Shown in pieces: positions 1-11,699 of a stretch of DNA of 64,000 bases (the first letter of the stretch is position 1; each line of letters opens with the position of its first letter). The notes beneath the pieces are model-generated. The model was given only the letters and a program-made list of their open reading frames with translations. It was not told where the DNA came from and searched no databases. The stretch is from the NCBI GenBank assembly GCA_001687465.1, contig LVLI01000202.1, forward strand, positions 124,001-188,000, in the 5' to 3' direction. The position numbers and the translations under genes were made by a program. Source of the DNA: Halocafeteria seosinensis (taxonomy: Eukaryota).

Positions 1-77
1 TCTGCATTCGGATCCCTATACATGTTACGATGCACCAGTACATGTATGCACCAATCGACGCGACAACCATAATGAGC

Positions 78-163
78 GCTGCTCTAACTGGTTCACAAAG
101 TCGGTTTGTGAAGCTGCTGTGCTGCTCTAACTGCTTCACAAAGTCGGTTTGTGAAGCTGCTGT
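78..163. repeat. Tandem duplication of a 43-bp unit with an internal hairpin
   Basis: GCTGCTCTAACTG(G/C)TTCACAAAGTCGGTTTGTGAAGCTGCTGT at 78-120 and 121-163, one mismatch. Each unit contains the inverted repeat TTCACAAA-GTCGG-TTTGTGAA. Confidence 0.9.
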
Positions 164-242
164 TACAGTGCTGTATGAGATGCATTCGAAACCATTATCA
201 TTGTTGAACTTTTTTTGCCTCGAAGAAAGGACTAACTGGTGT

Positions 243-618
243 ATGGACATAATGGAGAATAACAACGCAGAAGAGCCCGAGATCTCGCAAGCGCGGCTGG
301 ATAATTTCATTGCCCGCAATGAGGAAGCACGAGAACGATACCGGAGAGCAGCCGCAAAAAGCAATGAAGAACGAGAAGAAATAGCAGCCTCTTTGGAAAG
401 AGAAACAGGGGTGTCCCTGCCATCGCAGCTGCCGTCCGGAGCTACTGGTAACGAGGTAAGCCCCAAGGACAACACTATCGAGAACTATCGTTACTTGATT
501 TCTTAGCATTTGGCAGAATTCAAACGGTAATCAACAGTCCCAAAGCACTCGATATGCACAACAGTACTACGAAGGGCTAATCAAAACGCACAATGAACAG
601 CAGGAGCCTAAGAAATAA
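243..618 (+). CDS. Small hypothetical charged/helical protein, 2 exons (243-455, 517-618)
   Basis: ATG at 243, donor GAG|GTAAGC at 456, acceptor TTGGCAG| at 516. Splicing gives MDIMENNNAEEPEISQARLDNFIARNEEARERYRR...QQEPKK*. No family recognised. Confidence 0.5.
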
Positions 619-983
619 TGCTGAGAGCGGTGTTGGTTGATCTCGCCACAGTGGAGCAGCAATGTAGTGAATGTGGATTGTGATTTCGCACCAATGATGA
701 TGCTCGCTCGTCCATAGCTGTTTGCGTACTCTTTAAGACTAGAATCGCCTTCCGTTCTACCTGCGCGGTGTGAGTCTATGCTGTGGTCGCTCTTTTATCA
801 GGATTGTGGTAAATGAGTCGTCGCAGAAAGACTTGAGGCTGATTCCATTTACTGCTTTGAAAGGTTGGAATATGTATGGTGTAAATGCTGAGTTTTCAAG
901 TGGACGCTCGTTTTTAATTATAGGCTTGCTTAGGGTAACGAGAGGAGATCGTCTTCACTATATCTTTGATAAAACAAGAGACC

Positions 984-3900
984 TTAGACTCCTGACGTAT
1001 CCGGATAGCTAGAACCCGGTTCCGTTGTGTCATCGATTTCCACGGACGAAGCCATGCCGCATCCTTTATACGCCTCTAATTCACTTTCGAGTTGGTTTAC
1101 CCTAGTTTTTAGTTTTGCTACGTCGACTGTGCTCTTTTGCTTTTTCGGCTGTTCCAAGTAACAAACACCTATCCATTTTGAAACCATACTTACAGTTCAT
1201 ATACTGTGTCAGAACATACCTTGCCCAGTTCTACAGACCTACAACGTGAAGCAAAGTGGAGTGAAGCTATAGACTCCGTTGAGTTCCACAGAACTGGTGA
1301 AATATTAGCAAACATGAGCACCTGAAAGTCATTGCCATTGAATACGGATAATATCCGGACTACGAAACAGTCGTATCTACATACTTTTGAGTTCCCCGTG
1401 AGGCAATCCTTTAACAAGTAAGTTAACTTGGAATTGCGGAACGGGGTGTGCTTCGAGGAGCTCTTTCCAAGAGCATTGACCACGTCTCCCAAGGCGCTGA
1501 ATGTATCGCATGTGAGAACGAGTTGCCTCATGAATTAGACAAGAGCTATCTTTGATACTGCACATACCTTAAAGAGCGATTTATGTTTTGGGCCTCTTTT
1601 AGTCTGTCACCGGATGCGTCCGTCTTACTGACTCGTTCGGACCCTGCCAAGTCGATCAGGTTCATTGTGGCCGTCATAGACTCATCAGCAAGGAGACTAT
1701 CTCCTTCGACCTGAAGCAGTTGCGTATTGCTGGAAACTACGCATACGAGATTAAGGTTCAAACAGATCACTCATACCTCAATTTTAACAACTAAGTGGGA
1801 CCTAGAAGAGTGCTCGTGCATATTCGTCGCCCCTACTTGTCGTGACTGGATTCCTCTATTCAATATTTCCAAACCTGCCTCAACACTTTCTGGTTCGGCG
1901 GTAGTTAATCCAGGAACAATCATCGAATTTGTGCCCTGCAACCGGGAAATGCTATATCGAATACATTTCTACAACGACGTGATGCCTACCTCTCGGATGT
2001 CTAGTGCTCGTCGTTTCCGCTCGATTCCCGTTGTCGGTAACGGTGCAAGGAGGTCAAATATCGTCTCGTTGTATATCTCCCTGGGAGTGCAAGATAGCAC
2101 GTTGCAGAAACACATCTCTCTGAAACTTTCTGACTTACAATAGGGAAAGTTTGATCTTGTAGTTCCATTGCGACTTCCGATGTGAGATAGTATTGAATAT
2201 ATGCTTGAAGGTCCGATAGTAAATACCTCTGCTACGAACACACAACCTGGTATCTCGTCCTCATCAGCGTAGGGCCATCATCTGTACTTACGGTTCGGCT
2301 TTACTCCCTTCCATCGTAAATGTTTTCCCCGACCCGGTCTGCCCATAGGCAAAAATGCATACGTTGTAACCATCCATGGCCGAGTCGATCATCGGTGCAA
2401 CACGACCGAATACCTCCTCTTGCGTCGTCTGAGGCGTAAAAACCTCATCGAATTCGAAGCTACGTAGAGCACCCTTTTCGGAGCTTTCAAAGAGTGTAAT
2501 GTCCCCCTCCATTGGAAACGAACAAATGTCCGAACATTTCTCGCGATTTCGCTCTTGCTTTAGTATCGGACGAACACGGCAGAACACTCTAATGTTCCCT
2601 CTGAAAGGCCAAATGATGTTGGTGGATGTGGAAGCAGTAGAAATCAACTAGAGAAAACGTACTTTAGCTCAATTATCTGGTTTTGGATCTGCCTTCTCCG
2701 TTGCTGTTCTTGTTGATAGTGGTGAAACGCCTCTCGTTCTTTTTGTTTCTGTTGCTCAATCTGCTCCGCAGCATCTGCTTTTACCCGCTGTTTCATACGC
2801 GACGAGAGAGATTAGTTACCTGTTGTGAACCCATCTTGAAAACTCTCTTACATTGATACTCTGTCTATGACCCTCTTCCAGAGAGGCTTTTGCAGACTCG
2901 TACGCTGTGTCTTTCAGCTTTTCAATTCGATTCTCATATTCTGTTGCTAGACGACGCTTGTCTTCTTTCGCACCCGCTAGGAGCTGGTTCAGAGTTTCAA
3001 GAGATGAAGCATGCTCTCGCTTCAAAGACTCAGTGGTACTCTGTTGAAAAAGACCTACTGTAAACTTCTATTCTGTGCTGCTATTTCAGTTTCATACAAA
3101 CTTACCTGAACTCTTTCTTGTTCCACTCTAATTAAATTTTCTTTTTCTTGGATCTCAGTCGCATGCGACACGTGAATAGCGTGTATGCGCCTCTGAAGAG
3201 CTTCTTCATTCTTGGCTTTGTATGCCGAAAATTCTGAAGAAAATTGACGGGTCGTTCTGCTCATTTCATCGCGATGTTTTTCCAGCATGCCATGAACCAC
3301 AGCTCTCACACCTTTCTGGTGGTCTTCGAGCTGATCTCTAACATTTCGCCTCTCTTGCCTAACCATCGCACTGAGCTGACGCTGTTGCCCTCCCAAGTGT
3401 GACAACCGCTCGGCAATGGTTCGACTATATTTTTTCAGTGTAAGAAGAATGCTTGCGCAGTTGCTATCTAGTTCTTGTTTATATAACTGAAACGATGCCA
3501 GTCCAGCATTCCTTAAGTCACGGTGATGATCTCGCAATACTGTTGTTCGGAATTTATACGCATGGAGCCTTTCCTTAAGCTGCGAACATAGTCTTCCCTG
3601 TTTCGCAGTATTCTCGTTCTGAGAGCGACTGAGTTCCATTTCCCGATGAGCGAGTTGATTCTCGTATTCGGTACGCATGCTGGTAACTTGTTGCTCCCGA
3701 TTGGATGCTCTTACAGCCTCGTCGTGACACCACTGTTGCATCTGATTGGATACCCTCTCTACTTGCTCTTGACAATTGGCGATTACTGTACACATTAGTT
3801 TCTTCAATGTTTCACGTTGACGCTTTAATCTTTGAAGCGCGTGGTTGCACGAACGGACTTTTCGGACTGCATTGGATGATTTCTCCAGTGCGAGTACAGT

Positions 3901-5866
3901 CTCCTTGTGTGTCTCAAAATGCTGTCTCCGTTCCTCGGGTTTATCCGTTTCATTTGCAGGATTTTGGCCAGCTGCAGGAGGATACACATACTGGTCATCA
4001 ATACGGGATAGCTTTTCTGATTCTCTAGCGAAACTCGTGTCTTCATGGTTATTGAGTTGGCGTCCCACGCTCCCATTCGTCGGCAAGGTAGATTCCTCCT
4101 CAAGGTTTAATTTTTGCGGTCCATTGATTTGTGTTGCTCCCTCTCTTGTCCTTCCATGCAACTGTTTAGCAGGAACCTCACTTCGTCGAGATAAGCGCTC
4201 CACATTAACATCACCAAAATCCACGATGGTAGCTCCTGGAAAGGAGTCTGCGGAGTCTCCGCGGGCGATATTCTCTTCCAACATCCAGGATGATACATTA
4301 ATAGATGGGGGTGCCCTTGGAGGAGAATCTAACGATTCCGGGAGCTGTTGCTGCTCTCTTTCCAGCTGTAATAGTTTCATGTCAAGTTCTCTAAGTTGCT
4401 CGTTGCTATATTTCTCTTTCAAACGACACTCTTCTAGCTTTAATTCATATCTGCGTCAATAACAGTAGTCTTCCTATAATTGCAAGAGTACACAGAATAA
4501 GACACTAAGGGGCTAACCTCTTAATTAAAGACTGTGCTTGAGGTTTCTCCTCAGCAGATACCGAAGAGGCCCCTAGCGGTTGCTGCAGGAGACGTATCAG
4601 TAATAGCTTCAGTCTATGATACGTAGTACATTCACCTATATTACCATCAGTTGGTCAATTTGTGACTCTTTCAATTCCAGTTGACTCCGTAACAGTCTAG
4701 CATCTCTGTTTAACTCATTTATTTGGGCTCGAAAATTCTGTATTTAAACAAGTACCACGTACATTTCAGCAGTTCACGAGGACGGTAAGTGGATCAGAAC
4801 CCTTACGTCTTCATTCATTTTCCGCTGTTGCTGCTCATCTACAAGAGAAGCATTCAGAGACGAAATTTCAGCAATCATATCTTCGGTTGCCTGCACCGTG
4901 GACGGTAGCGGGTCGTGAAACATTGTGGGGGGAGAAACCCGGAACACTTACTCTTTCAGCATGTCCGGCACGCGTTCTCCAATCCTGAATACGTTCCCAG
5001 TACTCATCATAGCTTTGGAGTCTCTGACTGATTTTTTCCAGTCTCTTATCCTTCTGAAAATGCAAACTAGTATGAAGAAGGGGATAAATCCATCTTGAGT
5101 AACGGTGCATTTGACGTTCTCCTACCTCCTCACAAGACGTCTTCGTCTTGAGTAACTCTACCTGGAACTGCGTATTTTTAGCGATCAGCTGCTTTACATT
5201 GGAATCCGGTTCCCTCCGTGAAGTATTTGTCGTGAGAGACTGAATTTGGGAAACGAGTCACAAGGTCTTGACACCCTACTGTGAACGCAGCATGCTTACA
5301 GAGCGATGTTCCTCGGTTGTTCCTCCAAGTTGTTGAATAATTTGCTGCAAGCAACCCGCAACGCAACGTAATTTTAACTTTCCATTTTATAATACGTCGG
5401 CGAATGATTGCCGTACCTCTTGTTCTTCGAAAAGCTTCTGGTGCTCCCGCAAGTTGAGGACCTGCTCAAGCTGGACCTTACACAGGAGGCGATAGGCAAT
5501 CTGCCTCCAGTCAGTAATACAAAATTAGACACCATTAAGTTTCTGCAAGCTGCTAAAGCCTCTTACTTTAAGTTCCTGCAGCATACCATCTCTCGAATCG
5601 GGCACTTTAACTTCAAATACGGAACGAGTCGCTTCTGTGACGATGTATCGGCTGTGTGGAGTGGCCGTGGATCTAAGCAAAGCAATAGCGGACTCACCAT
5701 CATTGGATTCGCCGTCGTCAATCGGGAAGGATATCACAACATCATTGTCTTCGTGCTCTCCTTCTCCGTTGTCCAACTTGTCCCCCCACCCAAAGCTTGT
5801 TTCTTGCTCCCTGTTGTCCTCTACACCTCCTACAACTCGCGAAATCGCCTCCCAAACGTTGTTCAT
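984..5866 (-). CDS. Kinesin-14 (C-terminal motor, KIFC-like) with long N-terminal coiled coil; multi-exon
   Basis: Motor motifs [25 protein letters not shown] (P-loop), [29 protein letters not shown]. Upstream exons from the ATG at 5866 through the 3055-4422 ORF join in frame via GT-AG introns. Confidence 0.9.
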
Positions 5867-7157
5867 TTTTACGTTGTGCTTTATATACAGTATATGTGCA
5901 GCACTCGTTATGATTGACCCTCTCGTGAAACTCGTGTACGTGCAGCCTTTAGGCAGTGGTCCAGTCAGCGGCTAACTTCATAGCGATGCTGATACAACTG
6001 GTCACTGAACACGATGAGTTTTTATGACGTAGTTGTGCACAGATCTTGGTCTCGTCGATGACCTATTGACTCGACCCTGCCAGGCTGTAGCACCAGCAGA
6101 ACGAAAACTAAACAATTCAATGAGTAGTGCCTAACTAAGGACGAACGGCGACGAACCCTAACTTTCCAAAGATCAGTGCAGTCCTTCGAACAAACCACCA
6201 CCGCTGAGAGTAGCCAACCCAAGTAAGCAACCATTTGTATATTTTTGTTGATAGAGCGGAACTACTTAATGGGTGAAATTATGGATACAGTGTAATGCCC
6301 TTAGTGTACATACACAGTGTCCACTTCCACTTCAACTATCCCGAGTATGATGGCCAATAATATCACAGTTGAAACTTCCTTGTAAGTTTAAACAATCACG
6401 TGCTTTTCAGGGATAGTTGAAAACTTACAGTGTACAATATTCCATGCGAATACAGTACAAAAAAAGGAGAAAAGCCTTCTGTGCAGCACTGTGTGGCCAT
6501 CGCTGTGTGCTGTCTAGAGACAGAATTCGTTCTTCCAGATCGTTGTACAACCAGGTTTGCAGAAGCTCTTTTCGGAAGAGTTTTCCCCCTCCTTATCGAG
6601 GAACTGTGAAGCGTAGCACTGGGCTAATCACTTTTGTGTTGGTCTCTCCTAGTCCTCTCTCTGTATCCGACAGTGTATCGCCGTTTTTAAAGCTAGGAGA
6701 GACCTCTGCAAGAGCAAGCATGTAGGTGGTGCTCCTCTGGGAAGAGGAATCGTGAGCACACGCAGCAGGGGGCGCAGAGACACAAGAGAGTACTACGGAT
6801 TTGCAAAGCAGAGATGATTCTTTTTTTTTTTTAAGGTTGGCAACAGGGACACATTTTTTCCGATGAAACCGAGACCAGCAGCTAGGAACCCATGCCAGTA
6901 CTGTCGAGTAGATCAATACACACACAACTCACCCGAAACACATGGTAACACACACACACCGACCCACGGTTCACCTAGTTCCCGAACTGTGTTCGCATTC
7001 CGTATCACAAAATTGAAGTCTTTTGAACTGTCAAGTTGAACATTTATCATCACAATCTGATTCACAAAGTTAATCCCCATTGGAATCCACTCTCTCTGTA
7101 TAATTGTCGTTGGACTGCAGACCGAGAGCTCAGCGAGGAGTTCAGTCTGCCAAGAAA

Positions 7158-8891
7158 ATGGGATGGCGTGTCGTATTGATTGCGTTGTGCTTGGGGGTGT
7201 CAATCGTATCGTCTGTGAGCTATGCCAAGGGACCTGCGAGCTGCGAGGATCTGGAGGGAGTGAATATCGGTATTGGCATCTATTTGGTGAATTTAGCGGT
7301 TGTGCAAAGCGAATATGGCTCGTCGGACATGGACTTTTACATTTACTTCCAAGCTGAAAAGTGCCAGTATCCCGATGTGACCCAGGAGAGTAAGTGTCAA
7401 AGCCTGTAGTCAACTCGAGTACCACAGTACCATGGTATGCTTGCACTGTCACGCAGATGATGAAGAAGTCTCCCGAATATTCAATAATGCCGGGAAGAGT
7501 CTTCAGGCACAAAGGATCAACAAATTCGACAAAGGAACTAACACGACCACCCAAGTGAGTGAAACGTGATAGAGTTCTTGTGGATGGAACTCACATGACA
7601 TCTGAATCTGACTGCAGTTCCGGATCAAAGGACAATTCACGTATTCCAGTGACATCTCGCTATGGCCTTTTGAGACCCAAGAACTTCTTATTGCTGTAGA
7701 GGACCCAAAAAACCCCAAGAAAAAAATTCGGTTTCATCCCCTATCGGATCTAACTCGGCTCTCCCCTACTCTGACAAGCCCCGGATGGTAAGTGGTGGGA
7801 GATTTCTTAGCCAAATTGGTATTCCATATTTTTTCCCTCGGCTTTCAGGGTGTTCCCAAGCAATAATGCATCAAGTAGCGTGTTAGATGCTTCAGTACGA
7901 GATGTCGTGTACCCTAAAGGTGGAACATTCTCACGCTATGAGTTAAGAATATCGTTGTCCAGACCGGCGGTATGCTGCAGCTTCATGTCGTCCCTAGGAC
8001 ATGCAAATGTTATTACGTTTTGTTTTTGTTTTGACAAACAGCTGAATGGTTTCGTGAAGGACCTACTTCCACCAATTTTCATTTGCATCGTCCAGTTTTT
8101 CTCTTTCGCTATCACTCCCTCCGACGTCGTCACCCGAATATCGATGATGGGCGCTGGTTAGTACCTGCCCGCATACTGTTTTGTTGCGTGATTCACTTGA
8201 AATTTATTGTTGGGTGCATCTTCCAGGTTTAACCGCTGCTGTTTTGTTTCATGTGCAAATTGCTGCCGATCGGCCCCGACGACGTATCTTTTGTTTGCGG
8301 ATAAATTTATGACTGCCGTTTACGGCATTATTGTGTACGCTGTATTTTCAAAATGTCGATTAGATCAGCGAAGCACTGAGTGTTTTCCCTTAACCGTTCC
8401 AGATACAACGGCATTGTCTCTGCGCTGATTCTTCATAACTTGGAGAGACGTGGTGACCAGGAACTGGCTAAACGAACGCAAAGACGAACCGAGGTCATCA
8501 TGCTGTTTGCGGTACCCGCAATAACAATCGCTCTGTTATTGGATTTTGAAGGCGTTAATGTAGGATGGAGTCTCTCTCTAGTTCTAGTATCTATTATTGC
8601 TGGTTATGCTGTCAGGTACGGTTCACCTGGCGTCTCACATGAACTCCGTCTTCACCCTGTGGGGTGCGTTGCAGTTATCTTTATGACTACAAGCGGAGGT
8701 TGCTCCCACATCAGATTCAGAAGCAGGCGACGGATAGTGAGCCTCTTTTATCTACTATATCAAATGATGAGGACTCCAAGCAAATGTCAGAGCGAGGTGT
8801 TTTGCATGGCGCAACAGCTGCTCAACACCGTCGAAGAAATTTAGATACAGGTTATGACGAAGGTGATGTAGAAATGCACTCTTCTAAGTAG
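7158..8891 (+). CDS. Cys-less (prokaryote-like, Pro-loop) pentameric ligand-gated ion channel; 1-nt frameshift near 8275
   Basis: Signal peptide MGWRVVLIALCLGVSIVSSVSYA; GIYLVNL...MDFYIYF; FRIKGQF...WPFETQEL (Pro-loop); PGW; M1 LLPPIFICIVQFFSF; M2 RISMMGAGLTAAVLFHVQI; M3 YLLFADKFM; GT-AG introns. Confidence 0.8.
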
Positions 8892-9147
8892 TAGCAGGAG
8901 TAGCGTTCGTTCGCTATTAATCATCATTGGTGTGTGTTCGGATTCACAATCAATAGCACCCCTTAGCCATCCCTATCGGCCGACGCGTCAACTTCTAAGA
9001 TTGTCAAGGCATTCACGATTCATTTTCTACGTGGCTCCTCGTTTCCTAAACATTGAATTTGTTGAACTACGCTCGCTGACTCGCGGCCACCAAGGTTTAG
9101 AGGCGGCTTGAGTCTGCAGGGCCGACTTTAAGGGAAGTTCGATGGAG

Positions 9148-11241
9148 CTACTCATCCCCGAATTTGCCAATGTGTTGCTCAAGTAGTGCGCTTAACCTGT
9201 CCATTTTGTCAACGCACCCTTTCACTTTTTTGAGTTGATCTGCAGGCAATTTGGCTTGCAGCTTCGAGCTCACATGTTGTGTTATTTGCAACACAGTTTT
9301 CATTTGTTCAATTGCGGTTTGGTTCTGTCTTTCAAAATTTCTATATTTTGCCTTGACCTCATTATATTTTTCGCGCAACTCACCGACAGTTTTTTTATGA
9401 CCTTCTTTTATGCTTTTCAACGTTTCTGAATGCTCTTGCTCTTGCTTTTCAATTAACTGCTGTATATTCTCCGTCGCGTTTTCAGATTGACTTAATTGAG
9501 TGTTAATATTTGCGTTCTGCTGCAGTAATCGTTTGTAAGAGCTTTCGTAGTCCTCTAGGATGTGTTGATATCTTTCCAGCTCCTTCTCCAGACGTTGTTT
9601 CTGTCCCAGTGTGGCTTGACGTTCCTCCTCCATCGTTTGTATACGTTCAGCGCTTGCGTTGCACGCCTGTGACTGCTCAAGTCTCAATTCTTCTAAGGTT
9701 TTCGTCTGTTCTTGGAGTTGCGATTCAAGTTTATTTGCTCTACTCTCCAGTTCAGCCTTTTGGGTGTTAACTCGATTCACCTCTTGTTGTTTTTCCTCTA
9801 TTGTGAGGTCTTTTTCGTCGATCTGCTTATGAGCTTGTTCTAACTCGCTCTCAACTTCCTCAAGTTGGCCCTGTAGTTCGTTTGCAAGCTGTTCTGCCTC
9901 CTGCCGAGCATTCTCCGATTGTTTTTGAACCTTCTCTCTTTTTTCCCTTTGAGACTCCAACTGCGAGGAAAGAGAACTAATCTCGCGTTCTTTCTCCTTA
10001 GCTTTCAACTGCAGATCATCTCTTTCGCGCGTTACTTCGCACAGTTCTTTCCTTAATTTTGCACGATCTTCCTCATCGTATTCATCTACTTTTTCCTGAA
10101 GGTATGTCTTTTCTTGCTCCAACTGATTTATTTTATCTTTGAGGGAATCGCACGTTTCAGTATGTTCCTCTTGGATCTGTTGGAGCTTTGCGTGAGCGGA
10201 AGCCCTAGTGTGGGTGATTGAAGCATGCATGTCCTCGTTGTGCATCATCCTTCGTTCTCTCTCCCTCTCGTACAGGATCTGAAATTCTCGTTTCATCTGC
10301 TGCTGTTTTTCTAACTCGGCATTAAGTTCCACCTGCTTCTGCTCCAAGTGAGTGATGTCCTGTTTGGCAGTAACCAGTGCCTCAGTTGTTTCAAACCACT
10401 TTGTAGAGGACGGTGAGTACTCTGTATCTAGGGACTGCTCTGAATGGGGTACCTTTATTGGAGTCTCTTCAATAAAGTGACTACCTAGAGATGAGCTGAA
10501 GTATTCGTTGTTTTCTGTGTTCGACAAATTTGCATCCCATTCACTATCCTTTGCAATTCGCTGCCTCTTAGTTACAGACCCGGAAGGAGTTAGCTGCCCA
10601 GCTCCTCTCTTGCTATTGGTGCAATTAGGCTGCGCTTCAGCGTGCGAGGTAGCTTCCGAAGCTGCAGTTTCTGCCGCCGTCTCAACAAGATTGGAAATCA
10701 CTTCCGACACAGTCTCCTCGGTAACATCCTTACCTCTCCCGTCGGTATCGGTTACTGCCGGTTCCTTGGTGCACCCAGTGTCCGTATCAGTAGCACTGCT
10801 GCTGCTACTGTAGTCTTCGTCCATGCCGGTATAGCTCCCAAGCAACTCATCTTCTAGTTCGCTGTCCTGCTTCTTGGAATAGTGCTTCCGTCGGCTTTGC
10901 GTTGACGTTGTTGTGCTTTTCCCATTCCTGACTACTCTACGAGGGCCACTTTTCGACAATCGTGCAATTTTCGCTTGGGATTTTCGAGGGAGTTTGGTGC
11001 TCTTGGAAAGGGCATAGTTGTCCTGGAACTCACTGGAATTGTGGTCAACCGCGTTCAATGGAACGCGTTGAGCCCCCGGAGTGGTTGGCCGTGGACGACT
11101 GTTTTGACTACAAGAGATACTCTCTCTCCGCGCACCTCGTGAGCGATTCATTCTACGAAGCTTGGGCAAGTCCCCGTAAGCAAATGGATTCAGTCCCTCT
11201 GATAACCTGTATTCACCCGTTCCAGCCGTTAAGTGCTTCAC
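9148..11241 (-). CDS. Long coiled-coil protein with low-complexity N-terminus; start uncertain (first ATG at 11151)
   Basis: 697-codon uninterrupted ORF whose C-terminal half is E/Q/K/L-rich with heptad character. Confidence 0.8.
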   Translation of the reverse strand: MKHLTAGTGEYRLSEGLNPFAYGDLPKLRRMNRSRGARRESISCSQNSRPRPTTPGAQRVPLNAVDHNSSEFQDNYALSKSTKLPRKSQAKIARLSKSGPRRVVRNGKSTTTSTQSRRKHYSKKQDSELEDELLGSYTGMDEDYSSSSSATDTDTGCTKEPAVTDTDGRGKDVTEETVSEVISNLVETAAETAASEATSHAEAQPNCTNSKRGAGQLTPSGSVTKRQRIAKDSEWDANLSNTENNEYFSSSLGSHFIEETPIKVPHSEQSLDTEYSPSSTKWFETTEALVTAKQDITHLEQKQVELNAELEKQQQMKREFQILYERERERRMMHNEDMHASITHTRASAHAKLQQIQEEHTETCDSLKDKINQLEQEKTYLQEKVDEYDEEDRAKLRKELCEVTRERDDLQLKAKEKEREISSLSSQLESQREKREKVQKQSENARQEAEQLANELQGQLEEVESELEQAHKQIDEKDLTIEEKQQEVNRVNTQKAELESRANKLESQLQEQTKTLEELRLEQSQACNASAERIQTMEEERQATLGQKQRLEKELERYQHILEDYESSYKRLLQQNANINTQLSQSENATENIQQLIEKQEQEHSETLKSIKEGHKKTVGELREKYNEVKAKYRNFERQNQTAIEQMKTVLQITQHVSSKLQAKLPADQLKKVKGCVDKMDRLSALLEQHIGKFGDE

Positions 11242-11699
11242 CTCGCAAAGCAGTCTCCTGTACCCTCCGTCTTGGTCACTCCAATATTTATCACGATCCC
11301 ACCACAGATGCTACCTCAAATAAACAATGACTAGCTGGTCTAAATGCGTCTTGAAAATCCGCCAGCAATCGTCTGTATGGCGTGTATATACCATCTGTGA
11401 AGTTGGGGGAGACGCGCGCGCGCGCGCTTTGTTGCGACGACTCTTTGCTACCTCCTGTGTCTACCGGAATTCGGAAGCAGAATGTGCATACGATCTGATG
11501 TTGATGGAATGAACTATTTGCACGAGCTTTAACTGAAAGCAGGGCTGGTGTTGTGTCTGCTAGCAGCCTGTACACGGGTACCATCTCATGCTTTGAATCT
11601 TGAAAGTCGCGCGCGTAGTTATCCAGTGCCTTTTCATGTTGCCGAGTTCATTTGTGGACGCTCCCCTGAATGCAATTAAAAACGTGATTGATTATTGAC

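Noticed and set aside
5900..7150. ORFs and possible ncRNA between kinesin and the channel gene
   Set aside because: Low-complexity, non-protein-like translations; no tRNA or snRNA signatures recognised.
11241..11394. TAG read-through or alternative genetic code extending the coiled-coil ORF (MVYTRH...YLR*HLWWD...)
   Set aside because: A single in-frame TAG in unrecognisable sequence. TAG, TAA and TGA all terminate well-conserved genes elsewhere in the window.
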